A stretch of DNA of 64,000 bases from Gemmatimonadota bacterium (GCA_039588275.1 JBDHAC010000001.1:54836-118835), one strand, 5' to 3'; shown: positions 37,688-47,820, counted from the first letter of the stretch. Notes: generated by a model from the letters alone, not told the origin. A program made the numbers and translations.

Positions 37688-37755
37688 TGTCACCAGGTCG
37701 CGTGATGTCACCAGGTCGCATGATGTCACCGGGTCGCATGATGTCGCCGCGTCGG
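37684..37755 (+). repeat. 18-bp tandem repeat (RTGATGTCACCRGGTCGC), 4 copies
   Basis: Copies at 37684, 37702, 37720 and 37738 (degenerate); ends just before the msrA RBS. Confidence 0.93.
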
Positions 37756-37770
37756 TAGAGGAGGGCTGCC

Positions 37771-38313
37771 ATGGAGAAGAGACCCGACGAAGTCGCGACG
37801 CTCGCCGCCGGGTGCTTTTGGTGCGTCGAAGCCGTCTTCGAGCAACTTCGTGGTGTCAGCCGGGTGCAATCGGGCTATTCGGGGGGGACCGTCGCCAACC
37901 CGACCTATGAGCAGGTATGCACCGGGACGACCGGACACGCGGAGGTGTTACAGGTTCATTTCGACCCGGAGTCGATCTCGTTCCAGGACCTGCTGGAGGT
38001 CTTCTTCACCATCCACGACCCGACGACGCTCAACCGTCAGGGAGGGGACGTCGGTACACAGTACCGGTCGGCGATCTTCTATCACTCCGAAGAACAGGAA
38101 GCGGTCGCCAGGTCCGTGATCGAGCGCTTCGAGCGGGACCGTGTCTGGGACGATCCGATCGTGACCGAGGTAACGCCGTTCGAGGTCTTCTATCCGGCCG
38201 AGGACTACCACCAGGAGTACTTCCGGCAGAATCCCGCGCAGCCGTACTGCAGCGCCGTGATCGCTCCGAAGGTGGCGAAATTCCGCAAACAACACCTGGC
38301 GCGTCTCGCGTAG
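37771..38313 (+). CDS. msrA: Peptide-methionine (S)-S-oxide reductase
   Basis: [36 protein letters not shown]. Confidence 0.97.
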   Translation: MEKRPDEVATLAAGCFWCVEAVFEQLRGVSRVQSGYSGGTVANPTYEQVCTGTTGHAEVLQVHFDPESISFQDLLEVFFTIHDPTTLNRQGGDVGTQYRSAIFYHSEEQEAVARSVIERFERDRVWDDPIVTEVTPFEVFYPAEDYHQEYFRQNPAQPYCSAVIAPKVAKFRKQHLARLA

Positions 38314-38357
38314 CAGGCCCCGATGAGCGTACCCACCGGGCAGCAGGCGGACGAAGC

Positions 38358-39542
38358 GTGACCGGCCGGGCGGCTATCGTCGGGTGCGGGATCTTCGGGA
38401 CGACCGCAGCCGTCGAGCTCCGCGCTCGCGGATGGGACGTCACGCTGGTCGATCAAGGGTCGGCCCCACACCCGAAGGCGACCTCGAACGACGCGAACCG
38501 CGTGGTGCGCCCCGACTACGGGTCCGACGATTTCTACGTCGACCTGGCGTTGGAGGCGATCGATGGCTGGCACGAATGGAACCGGACCTGGGACGAGCCC
38601 CCATACCATGAGGACGGTTTCCTGCTCCTCGCCCGCGAGTCGCTGCGCCCCGGCACGTTCGAGGGCGACTCGTTCGAGCGACTCAGCGCCCGGGGGATCC
38701 CGCTCGAGCGCCTGGATGGCGAGGCGATACGCGCCCGCTTCCCCGCCTGGCGAACCGACGACTATCCCGCTGCCTATCACAACCCGCGCGCGGGGTGGAC
38801 CGAGGCGGACCGGGTTCTCGAGACGCTTCTCCGTCTGGCGACGGCGGCAGGCGTGCGGATTCGACCGGACGCCCCCATGCGCGGTCTCGTGGAGGACGAC
38901 CGGGGAGTGGCGGGGATCATTCTCGAGGACGGTGAGCGTTTGGAGGCCGACGTCGTCCTGTTGGCGGCGGGTCCGTGGACCCCCCCGCTCCTGCCCGAGC
39001 TCGGTAATGTGATGTGGCCGTCGGGACAGCCGATCCTCTACTTTCAGCCCGACAAGGCGGACGCCTTTCGGTCCCCGGTCTTCTCGCCATGGGCCGCCGA
39101 CATCGCCAACTCCGGCTGGTACGGGATCGCGGCGCTCGCGGATGGACGGGTGAAGGTGGCGAGCCACGGAGAGGGCCTCCGGGTCGATCCCGGCGCGGAT
39201 CTGAAGGTTCCCCCCGCCACCGAGCCCATCTTCCGCGCCTTCCTCGCGCGCGCGTTGCCGGGGCTCGCCGAGGCACCGGCTGCCGGCTCCCGGCTATGCG
39301 TGTACTGTGATACCTGGGATGGGGATTTCTGGATCGATCACGACCCCCGACGGCCGGGACTCGTGGTGGCCACCGGGGGGAGCGGGCACGGCTTCAAGTT
39401 CGCGCCCGTGCTCGGACCGATCATCGCCGACGTCGTGGAGCGCCATCCGAACCGCTGGGCGCACCGCTTCCGCTGGCGGACGCGCGAGGGGCGTCGGAGC
39501 GAGGACGCCAGGTCGGAAGTAGACCTGTACGGGGAGCGATGA
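38358..39542 (+). CDS. FAD-dependent amine oxidase (sarcosine/pipecolate/fructosyl-amine oxidase family)
   Basis: IVGCGIFG, SNDANRVVRPDY, LAAGPW, LCVYCDT, GGSGHGFKFAPVLG. Confidence 0.88.
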   Translation: MTGRAAIVGCGIFGTTAAVELRARGWDVTLVDQGSAPHPKATSNDANRVVRPDYGSDDFYVDLALEAIDGWHEWNRTWDEPPYHEDGFLLLARESLRPGTFEGDSFERLSARGIPLERLDGEAIRARFPAWRTDDYPAAYHNPRAGWTEADRVLETLLRLATAAGVRIRPDAPMRGLVEDDRGVAGIILEDGERLEADVVLLAAGPWTPPLLPELGNVMWPSGQPILYFQPDKADAFRSPVFSPWAADIANSGWYGIAALADGRVKVASHGEGLRVDPGADLKVPPATEPIFRAFLARALPGLAEAPAAGSRLCVYCDTWDGDFWIDHDPRRPGLVVATGGSGHGFKFAPVLGPIIADVVERHPNRWAHRFRWRTREGRRSEDARSEVDLYGER

Positions 39543-39907
39543 GCAGAAAACGGTTGATCGTCGTCGGTGATCGCGTGCTGATCGAGCCCGAAGAGGGGGA
39601 AGAGCGCACGAAGGTCGGCCTCTACCTACCTCCCACCGCGGTGGACAAACAGTCCGTGCAGGGAGGTACGGTCGTGGCGACCGGCCCCGGCACTCCGATC
39701 GGGCCTCCCGCCGAGCTGGACGACGAGCCGTGGAAGATCGCCTCCGGCGAGGCGCGCTACCTACCCGTGCAAGCCGAGCCCGGAGACTACGCGCTGTTCT
39801 TCCGCAAGGCGGCCGTCGAGATCACCTTCGAGGGAAAGACCTATCTCGTCGTCCCACAGGCGGCGATTCTGACGCTGGTGCGGGCGGAAGACCGCGAGGA
39901 CTGGTGA
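39539..39907 (+). CDS. Stand-alone GroES/Cpn10-family co-chaperonin
   Basis: GDRVLIEP, RTKVGLYLP, GTVVATGPG, PGDYALF, YLVVPQAAIL; no adjacent groEL. Confidence 0.88.
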   Translation: MSRKRLIVVGDRVLIEPEEGEERTKVGLYLPPTAVDKQSVQGGTVVATGPGTPIGPPAELDDEPWKIASGEARYLPVQAEPGDYALFFRKAAVEITFEGKTYLVVPQAAILTLVRAEDREDW

Positions 39908-40022
39908 CACCGTCCGGGGTTCGCGCGCTCACCTGGCGAACGCGTCGGATATCGAAGGAAGAGCATTAGAGTGAAGAGCATTCAGAACATCTGAGCATGA
40001 GGGCATGAAGGAGAACGCCGTT

Positions 40023-42194
40023 ATGGATACACGCAATGTGACCCGGGCTCTGCCGAGCCCTCCCGCGATCGGGCTCGCCGCGCTCGTCGGCTGCACGGTC
40101 GCGCTCGCGCCGGCCGGCACGAGCGCGCAGGAAGCCCCGGAAGCGCCGCCGGCGCCACCGGCGGCCAAGGTGGTTCCGAAGCAGCTCGACACGCACGGCC
40201 ACGTGCGCACCGACAACTACTATTGGCTGAACGACCGGGAAGACCCGGAGGTCATCGCCTACCTGGAGGCGGAGAACGAATACACCGCGGCGATGATGGC
40301 GCACACCCAGGAGCTCCGAGGAAAGCTCTTCGAGGAGATCAAGGGTCGCATCAAGCAGACCGACCTCTCCGTGCCTTACCGGCAGGGCGACTACTTCTAC
40401 TACTCGCGTACGGAAGACGGGAAGGACTACCCGATCTACGCGCGCAAGAAGGGATCGCTCGAGGCCGAGGAAGAGGTCATGCTCGACCTGAACGAGCTGG
40501 CCGAGGGTCATGGCTTCTACTCGGCGGCCGGACGTCAGGTGAGCTCGGGCCAGAACCTGCTGGCGTTCGGAGAGGACACCCGCGGCCGGAGGATCTATAC
40601 GATTCGCTTCAAGAACCTCGACACCGGCGAGTTCCTCGAGGATGAGATTCCGGGTGTATCGGGCAACATGACCTGGGCCGAAGACAACCGGACACTGTTC
40701 TACACGAAGCGCGACCTGCAGACGCTGCGCTCGTTCCAGGTGTACCGGCACACGCTCGGGACCGATCCGGCCCAGGATGAGCTGGTGTTCGAGGAAGCCG
40801 ACGAGGAATTCAGCTGCTTCATCTGGAAGACGAAGTCCAAGGAGTATCTGATCATCGGGTCCGGGCACACGCTCACCAACGAGTACCGTTTCCTGGACGC
40901 CGAGGACCCCGAGGGCGAGTTCACCGTGTTCCTCCCACGGGAACGCGGGCACGAGCACGACATCGATCACTTCGGAGATCACTTCTACGTCCGCACCAAT
41001 GCCGGGGGGGCGAAGAACTTCAAGCTCATGCGCACCCCGGTGGACAAACGCGGGATGGAGAACTGGGAAGAAGTAATCGGGCACCGGGCGGACGTGTTGC
41101 TGGAGGGCTTCGATATCTTCCAGGACCATCTCGTGGTCGCCGAGCGGCGTAACGGACTCCGCGAGCTACGGATCCGTCCCTGGTCGGGAGGTGACGAGCA
41201 CTACGTGCAGTTCGACGAGCCCGCCTACCTGGCCTACACGAGCAACAACCCGGAGATGAACACGCCGGTGCTCCGCTTCGGCTACACGTCTCTGACGACT
41301 CCGAATTCGCTGTACGACTACGACATGAGCACCCGGGAGCGGACGCTGCTCAAGCAGGAAGAGGTCTTGGGCGGCTTCGACTCCTCGGACTACGTGACCG
41401 AGCGGCTGTACGCCCCCGCGCGAGACGGGGTCGAGGTGCCGGTGTCGATCGTATACCGGGCGGGGACCGAAATGGACGGCGACAACCCGCTCCTCCTCTA
41501 TGCCTACGGCTCCTACGGCAGTAGCCGGGACGCCAGCTTCAGCTCGCCTCGGCTCAGCTTGCTGGACCGCGGCTTCGTGTACGCGATCGCGCACATCCGC
41601 GGAGGGTCAGAGCTGGGCCGGTGGTGGTACGAGGATGGCAAGCTGTTCAACAAGATGAACACGTTCACGGACTACATAGATGTCGCCGACTTCCTGGTCG
41701 CCGAGGGCTATACGAACCCGGACCGGCTGTTCGCGCGCGGCGGAAGCGCGGGCGGGCTGCTCATGGGCGCTGTCGCTAACATGCGCCCCGACCTGTTCAA
41801 GGGAGTGATCGCCCTGGTCCCGTTCGTGGACGTGGTCACGACCATGCTGGACGAGAGCATCCCGCTCACCACGTTCGAGTACGATGAGTGGGGGAATCCG
41901 AACGACATCGAGTACTACCGGTACATGCTCTCGTACTCGCCCTACGATCAGGTCGAGGCGAAGGACTACCCCAACATGCTGGTGACCACCGGCCTGCACG
42001 ATTCCCAGGTGCAGTATTGGGAGCCGGCCAAGTGGGTGGCCAAGCTCCGCGCGGTGAAGACGGATGAGAACCGGCTTCTGCTGAAGACCAACATGGAAGC
42101 CGGCCACGGAGGAGCGTCCGCGCGCTACAAGCGCTACGAGGACACGGCGTTCGAGTACGCCTTCATCCTGGATCTGCTCGGTATCGAGGGCTGA
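40023..42194 (+). CDS. ptrB: Oligopeptidase B (S9A), secreted
   Basis: Signal peptide; DNYYWL, YGSYG, GGSAGG, VPFVDV, LHDSQVQYWEPAKW, AGHGG. Confidence 0.93.
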   Translation: MDTRNVTRALPSPPAIGLAALVGCTVALAPAGTSAQEAPEAPPAPPAAKVVPKQLDTHGHVRTDNYYWLNDREDPEVIAYLEAENEYTAAMMAHTQELRGKLFEEIKGRIKQTDLSVPYRQGDYFYYSRTEDGKDYPIYARKKGSLEAEEEVMLDLNELAEGHGFYSAAGRQVSSGQNLLAFGEDTRGRRIYTIRFKNLDTGEFLEDEIPGVSGNMTWAEDNRTLFYTKRDLQTLRSFQVYRHTLGTDPAQDELVFEEADEEFSCFIWKTKSKEYLIIGSGHTLTNEYRFLDAEDPEGEFTVFLPRERGHEHDIDHFGDHFYVRTNAGGAKNFKLMRTPVDKRGMENWEEVIGHRADVLLEGFDIFQDHLVVAERRNGLRELRIRPWSGGDEHYVQFDEPAYLAYTSNNPEMNTPVLRFGYTSLTTPNSLYDYDMSTRERTLLKQEEVLGGFDSSDYVTERLYAPARDGVEVPVSIVYRAGTEMDGDNPLLLYAYGSYGSSRDASFSSPRLSLLDRGFVYAIAHIRGGSELGRWWYEDGKLFNKMNTFTDYIDVADFLVAEGYTNPDRLFARGGSAGGLLMGAVANMRPDLFKGVIALVPFVDVVTTMLDESIPLTTFEYDEWGNPNDIEYYRYMLSYSPYDQVEAKDYPNMLVTTGLHDSQVQYWEPAKWVAKLRAVKTDENRLLLKTNMEAGHGGASARYKRYEDTAFEYAFILDLLGIEG

Positions 42195-42239
42195 TTCGAG
42201 AGCCGGGAGCCCACGCCGCGGACAACACTCGCAACACCA

Positions 42240-42265
42240 GGCCCCGCCCGTCGCCGGGCGGGGCC
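42240..42265 (+). terminator. 11-bp GC hairpin after ptrB
   Basis: GGCCCCGCCCG-TCGC-CGGGCGGGGCC; no U-tract. Confidence 0.5.
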
Positions 42266-42366
42266 GTGCCGTACACTGGCCGGTCTTCGGAAACTGACCG
42301 CCAGATCCCGTCGTTGCCGGCATGGGGCATGATCCCCGGTTCGAAGATTCTCAGAAGGAGTCAGGC

Positions 42367-43230
42367 GTGAGCGTAGGGAACAGGTGGGTTCCGCTGGGTG
42401 CCGTATCGCCGTCGAAGCTCGAAGCGGCCCGTCTCGATCTGCACTGGGCAGCACAGGCCGTCGGTATGGTGGGTAAGCAACTTCTCGAACCGGTCCCGGA
42501 TCACAGTCACGGCTCGCTGGAGTGGTTGGATGAGCTGAGCGCGCTGGCCGGGCGCTCGCTCGCGGACGGATGCCGGGTGGCGCTTCGGGTCGCCTCGCAG
42601 GAACTGCTCGTCCTGGGCGGGTCCGCCGAAGTGTCGGATCGGCTGGAGCTGCGCTCGCACACCGTCTCCGCGGCCTCCGCATGGGTCCACGATCGCCTCC
42701 TACAACGCAGCGAGGTCGCCCGCGAGGCGGACTGGGTGCCTGTCACACCCTCGGGTCTTCCCGACGCGTCGGTGGGGCGGGGCGCGCCGTTCGGACCAGC
42801 CGGCGCCGCCCACGTGGAGCTAGCGCGCTGGTTCGGGAACGCCAATAGCGCCCTTCGGCGCTTCGCGGATCGCGAGCCCGGTGCGTCGCCCGTGCGCGGA
42901 TGGCCGCACCACTTCGATCTGGCGACCCTCATCACGCTTGACCGGGATGCCGTGCCCGAGGAAGCACGCTCAGTAAGCTTGGGCCTGTCGCCGGGGGATG
43001 CCTCGATTGGGGAGCCGTACCTGTACACGCTTCCGTGGCCGGCGCCCGATCCAGCTTCGCTTCCACCTCTCGACGCCGGTGGTGCGTGGGTCACGGATGG
43101 TTGGGTCGGGGCAGCGCTCACGGGCTCGGAGCTGGTGGGGTCGAGCGACGCCGCGGAGCAAGCGGCGACGGCGATCGCGTTCTTCGAATCGGGTCTGGCC
43201 GGCTCGAAGAGGTTGTTGGGCATCACTTGA
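42367..43230 (+). CDS. DUF5996-like hypothetical protein
   Basis: LHWAAQAVG, WPHHFDLA, GLSPGD....EPYLY..PWP; AAGGAG RBS before GTG 42367. Confidence 0.7.
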   Translation: MSVGNRWVPLGAVSPSKLEAARLDLHWAAQAVGMVGKQLLEPVPDHSHGSLEWLDELSALAGRSLADGCRVALRVASQELLVLGGSAEVSDRLELRSHTVSAASAWVHDRLLQRSEVAREADWVPVTPSGLPDASVGRGAPFGPAGAAHVELARWFGNANSALRRFADREPGASPVRGWPHHFDLATLITLDRDAVPEEARSVSLGLSPGDASIGEPYLYTLPWPAPDPASLPPLDAGGAWVTDGWVGAALTGSELVGSSDAAEQAATAIAFFESGLAGSKRLLGIT

Positions 43231-43240
43231 GAGGCTGCTG

Positions 43241-45223
43241 ATGTCGGATGAAGCCGGTACGACCGTGAACAGACGCTGGTCTAAGGCTCTGGATCTGGAC
43301 GAGCTTCCGGAAGGGCGCGTAATGCCGGTGACGTGTGCGCACCGCACCGTCTGCATGACTCATTTCGAGGGAAGTTACGGGGCGCTGGACAACAAGTGCC
43401 CGCACCAGGGTGGTCCCCTCGGCGAAGGCTCGATCGAGAACGGTTGGCTGCGTTGCCCGTGGCACGGGTGGGATTTCCACCCGCTCACGGGAGCGGTCCC
43501 GGGGGGCTTCGAGGATACCGTCGAGACATTCCCCGTCGAGGTTCGGGAAGACGGTGTGTACGTGGGTTTCCCCGAGGAGGGGCCGCACCACCCCACCGCC
43601 GCGGACCTCATCGCCCAAACCCTCGTGAACTGGGGCGTCAAGCACGTCTTCGGAATGGTCGGACACTCGAACCTGGGCATGGCGGATGCGCTCCGGCGGC
43701 AGACCGAGATGGGGGCCTTGGATTATGTGGGCATTCGCCACGAAGGGGCGGCTTCCTTCGCGTGCTCCGCGTACGGCAAGCTCACCGGGCGTCCGGCGGC
43801 CTGTTTCTCGATCGCGGGTCCCGGAGCGACGAACCTGTTGACGGGTTTATGGGATGCCAACGTGGATCGAGCGCCGGTCATCGCGATCACGGGTCAGGTC
43901 GATACCCAGGTGCTGGGCCCCGGAGCCTTTCAGGAGGTGGATCTGGGCGCCGCCTTCGGCCAGGTGGCGCAATGGTCGCAAACGGTTCTGCATACCAGCA
44001 GGCACGCGGAGCTGGCGAATCTCGCCTGCAAGACGGCGATGCAGAACCGCGGGGTGTCGCACCTCATATTCCCGAACGAGGTGCAGACGATTCCGTGGCC
44101 AGATGGCACGCGGGCCGGTGCACCGGAAGGGCGCCTCGCGCACCGCCGAATCGAGCCTCCGGCAGAGGCCCTGGGCCACGCACTCGGTCTCCTCGCGGCG
44201 GCGAAACGGCCCGTCATCATCGTGGGGCATGGGGCGCGGTTCGAAATGCCCGAAATCCTCCGGTTCGCCGAGACGTTTCGAATCCCGGTCCTCACGACCT
44301 TCAAGGCCAAAGGGCTGATCGCCGACAGTCACCCCCTCGGGTGCGGCGTGCTGGGTCGGAGCGGGACACCGATCGCGAGCTGGTTCATGAACGAGACGGA
44401 CCTGCTCCTGGTCCTCGGTGCCAGCTTCAGCAACCACACGGGGATCAGCTCCAAGAAACCGACCATCCAGGTCGACTTCGATCGGCTGGCGTTGGGTCGG
44501 TTCCACGCGGTGACAGCGCCGGTGTGGGGCGAGATCGGCGTCACCGTTCGCGCGCTGACCGATGCGCTCGACGGTCGCATGAGGAATGTGGACCAGACCG
44601 CCGAAGTCACGGAGAGATGGAAGATCTGGCGGAGCGAGAAGGAGCGGCGGGAGCTGGAGGAGCGCGGCGAAGGGGTGAGCTCGGCCGCCGTCTTCGCCGC
44701 GATGACGCGTCAGGTCCCGGCGGACGCGATCATTCCCGTGGACGTCGGTAACAACACGTACTCCTTTGGCCGTTACTTCGAGTGCGAGCGACAGGCCGTG
44801 TTGATGTCCGGCTATCTGGGGTCGATCGGATTCGCTCTACCCGCGGCGCTCGGCGCCTGGGCGGCGACACAGGAGGAGGATCCACGCTTCCACGGGCGCC
44901 CCGTCGTCTCGATCTCGGGCGACGGCGGATTCGGGCAGTACATGGCGGAGCTGACGACCGCAGTGAAGTACGGAATGAACATCACGCACGTGCTGCTTCA
45001 CAACGGCGAGCTCGCGAAGATCTCGAAGGAACAACGCGCCGGAGATTGGGACGTTTGGGAGACGTCACTCCACAACCCCGATTTCTCGGCCTATGCGGAG
45101 AATTGTGGTGCGCTCGGTGTCCGTGTCACGAGGAAGGAGCAACTGGACGATACGCTGGCCCTGGCGTTGGCGCACGAGGGTCCGGCGCTGGTGGAGATAA
45201 TGGCGGATCCCCTGCTCGTGTGA
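43241..45223 (+). CDS. Rieske [2Fe-2S] domain fused to a ThDP-dependent pyruvate oxidase/ALS-family enzyme
   Basis: CPHQGGPL...CPWHGW; IRHEGAA, AGPGATN, SGYLGSIG, GDGGFGQY...HNG. Confidence 0.92.
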   Translation: MSDEAGTTVNRRWSKALDLDELPEGRVMPVTCAHRTVCMTHFEGSYGALDNKCPHQGGPLGEGSIENGWLRCPWHGWDFHPLTGAVPGGFEDTVETFPVEVREDGVYVGFPEEGPHHPTAADLIAQTLVNWGVKHVFGMVGHSNLGMADALRRQTEMGALDYVGIRHEGAASFACSAYGKLTGRPAACFSIAGPGATNLLTGLWDANVDRAPVIAITGQVDTQVLGPGAFQEVDLGAAFGQVAQWSQTVLHTSRHAELANLACKTAMQNRGVSHLIFPNEVQTIPWPDGTRAGAPEGRLAHRRIEPPAEALGHALGLLAAAKRPVIIVGHGARFEMPEILRFAETFRIPVLTTFKAKGLIADSHPLGCGVLGRSGTPIASWFMNETDLLLVLGASFSNHTGISSKKPTIQVDFDRLALGRFHAVTAPVWGEIGVTVRALTDALDGRMRNVDQTAEVTERWKIWRSEKERRELEERGEGVSSAAVFAAMTRQVPADAIIPVDVGNNTYSFGRYFECERQAVLMSGYLGSIGFALPAALGAWAATQEEDPRFHGRPVVSISGDGGFGQYMAELTTAVKYGMNITHVLLHNGELAKISKEQRAGDWDVWETSLHNPDFSAYAENCGALGVRVTRKEQLDDTLALALAHEGPALVEIMADPLLV

Positions 45224-45282
45224 CGGCCGGTGCGCCTCGGGCACAGGGCGATCCCGGCGGTGGCGTAAGCCGGTCGCCCGGC

Positions 45283-45843
45283 TCAGCCGTAGATCGCCAG
45301 GAGCCGGTAGACGAAGAAGATCGTCACGCCGCCCTCCAGCACCCACGACATCGGCTGCTTGTAGTACCCGATGAACATGTCCTTCCCCCACCAACCCGTG
45401 TCCTTGAACAGGTTCAGGGAGTACTTCTTCCTCGTCAGCGGCCATAACAGAGGAAGCCCCACGGTACTTCCGATGTCCGCCGCATAGTGGGCGGCAACCG
45501 CGATGGCGCCCAAAAGGGCGTAGTGGGGCGAAAACAGGGCGATGACCGCCCCGACGAGCAAGGCGAAGGATAGCGAATGCGTGACGGTGCAGTGAAAGCC
45601 GCCATCCACGACCCAGAACGGCTCCTTCATCTCTTTCTCCTCGATCGCGGCGACGGGGTTCTTCCCCTTCAGTAGCCGCTCGAACCTGATCGAGCCTCGG
45701 ATGGCGGGCCTGTCCAGACCGGACTTTACCATCAGAGAATCGAAGTTCGGGAGCCAGTGCATCGCGATACAGAAAGCGGCAGTCTCGGGGCTCCAGTCGT
45801 AGGTCGCGATCGACAGCGCTACCGGCAGGTGGCCGAATTGCAT
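45283..45843 (-). CDS. YdjM-like membrane-bound metal-dependent hydrolase
   Basis: GH, LPNFD, HCTVTHSL, AHYAAD, GLPLLWP motifs. Confidence 0.8.
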   Translation of the reverse strand: MQFGHLPVALSIATYDWSPETAAFCIAMHWLPNFDSLMVKSGLDRPAIRGSIRFERLLKGKNPVAAIEEKEMKEPFWVVDGGFHCTVTHSLSFALLVGAVIALFSPHYALLGAIAVAAHYAADIGSTVGLPLLWPLTRKKYSLNLFKDTGWWGKDMFIGYYKQPMSWVLEGGVTIFFVYRLLAIYG

Positions 45844-46112
45844 CTGGCTCAGGTCTCCTGGGTCGACGGGTGCCTGCGGGGAGGCGCGAGCAGGTCGCGG
45901 AGCGAGCTCCCGGGCCCCTCGTGTGGGCGGCCGACAAACTGATCGCCGGGCACCCCGACGGCAACGTCCCGAGACGTCCCGAAGGCGCTCCCCGGGCGGC
46001 CTCGCCGCCCCGACCCGGGTTCCGGCACGGATGCCCTTCGGCGGTGGTCAGCCGCCCGCATTCGCCCTACCTTTCATGCACCCCCACGAAACCCAAAAGG
46101 CCAAGGTCTATC

Positions 46113-47741
46113 ATGGCTACCGGAATAGCAGACCTCAGTGAAGCACCCGCCCGCAGGGGCGGTTTCGATCTCTCCGGACACGGGATCACGGTGAGCGACG
46201 TTCGCCGAAACCCGCCCCCGGCCGTCCTGTACGAGGACGCGCTGGGCGGAATCGATCCCGAGACGCAGATCGCGGCGAACGGGGCGCTTGTCGCCTACTC
46301 AGGCGACAAGACCGGGCGCTCGCCCAAGGACAAGCACGTCGTTCGCGGCGCGGAAACCGAAGGTGACGTCTGGTGGGGTCCCGTGAACTTCCCGCTGGAG
46401 CACGAGTCGTTCGTCAAGAATCGCGCGCTCGCAAGCGAGTACCTGAACGGGCGTGAAGTGCTGTATTGCATCGACGGGTTCGCCGGTTGGGATCCCGCGC
46501 ATCGCCTAAACGTCCGGGTCATCTGCGCACGCCCCTACCACGCCTTGTTCATGCACAACATGCTCATCCGCCCAACGCCGCAGGAGCTCGCCGAGTTCGG
46601 CGATCCGGACTTCGTCATCTACAACGCCGGGCGACAGCCGGCGGACGAGTCCGTGGAAGGGGTCACCTCGAACTGCAGCATCGACCTCAGCTTCGAGGAC
46701 GGGGAGATCGCGATCCTCGGCAGCGAGTACGCCGGGGAGATGAAGAAGGGGATCTTCACCGTCATGCACTACATGATGCCGAAGGTCGGCGTCTTCTCCA
46801 TGCACTGTTCGGCGACGACAGACCCGAGGTCGGGCGCGTCTTCGCTCCTCTTCGGGCTCTCCGGGACCGGCAAGACGACGCTCTCCGCCGATCCGCACCG
46901 GTTGTTGGTCGGCGATGACGAGCATTGTTGGACGGACACCGGGATCTTCAACATCGAGGGCGGTTGCTACGCCAAGACGATCGACCTCAGCGAGGAGAAG
47001 GAACCCGACATCTACCACGCGCTCAAGTTCGGGTGCGTGCTCGAGAACGTGATCCTCAACCACGATCGAACCGTGGACTACGCGGACGACCGGATCACGA
47101 TGAACACGCGGGGCTCTTACCCGATCGAGCACATCGAGAACGCCAAGATCCCGTGCCTGGCCGGCCACCCGACGGACGTGGTCTTCCTCACGGCAGACGC
47201 GTTCGGCGTGCTCCCGCCGGTGAGCAAGCTCACACCGGAGCAGGCCATGTACCACTTCATCAGCGGGTACACGGCGAAGGTGGCGGGAACCGAGGTCGGC
47301 GTCACCGATCCCGAAGCCACGTTCTCGGCCTGCTTCGGCGCTCCGTTCCTGGTGTGGCACCCGGCGGTGTACGCCGAGCTGCTCGCCGAGCGCATGCGAA
47401 CGCACGGGACCAACGTGTGGCTTGTGAACACGGGGTGGAACGGCGGCCCATACGGAGTGGGTGAGCGGATCAGCCTCCCCTACACCCGGTCGATCGTCAA
47501 CGCGATCCACACCGGTGCGCTCGCGGACGCACCTACGGAGCCGGACCCCGTCTTCGGCATTCACGTGGTGACCGAGGTGCCCGAGGTGCCGAGCGAGATC
47601 CTGAAGCCGCGTGACACGTGGGAGGATGTGGAAGCCTACGACGCAGCGGCGCACAAGCTCGCCGGCCTGTTCACCGAGAACTTCAAGACCTACGAGGATG
47701 ACTGCCCGCCCGAGATCTGCGGAGCGGGGCCGAAGGTATAA
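46113..47741 (+). CDS. pckA: Phosphoenolpyruvate carboxykinase (ATP)
   Basis: TGRSPKDK, YAGEMKKG, GLSGTGKTTLS, GDDEH, NIEGGCYAK, NTR.SYP, FSACFGAPF. Confidence 0.97.
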   Translation: MATGIADLSEAPARRGGFDLSGHGITVSDVRRNPPPAVLYEDALGGIDPETQIAANGALVAYSGDKTGRSPKDKHVVRGAETEGDVWWGPVNFPLEHESFVKNRALASEYLNGREVLYCIDGFAGWDPAHRLNVRVICARPYHALFMHNMLIRPTPQELAEFGDPDFVIYNAGRQPADESVEGVTSNCSIDLSFEDGEIAILGSEYAGEMKKGIFTVMHYMMPKVGVFSMHCSATTDPRSGASSLLFGLSGTGKTTLSADPHRLLVGDDEHCWTDTGIFNIEGGCYAKTIDLSEEKEPDIYHALKFGCVLENVILNHDRTVDYADDRITMNTRGSYPIEHIENAKIPCLAGHPTDVVFLTADAFGVLPPVSKLTPEQAMYHFISGYTAKVAGTEVGVTDPEATFSACFGAPFLVWHPAVYAELLAERMRTHGTNVWLVNTGWNGGPYGVGERISLPYTRSIVNAIHTGALADAPTEPDPVFGIHVVTEVPEVPSEILKPRDTWEDVEAYDAAAHKLAGLFTENFKTYEDDCPPEICGAGPKV

Positions 47742-47775
47742 GCGGGCCGCTGCGAAGCAGCCTGCCAGTCCGAAC

Positions 47776-47820
47776 GGGGTGACGCGGTCGACGCGTGCGG
47801 GTCGTCTGCCGCGTCACCCC
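47776..47820 (+). terminator. Hairpin after pckA
   Basis: GGGGTGACGCGG...CCGCGTCACCCC 12-bp stem. Confidence 0.45.

Noticed and set aside
39908..40004. CIRCE/HrcA heat-shock operator near groES
   Set aside because: No TTAGCACTC-N9-GAGTGCTAA match.
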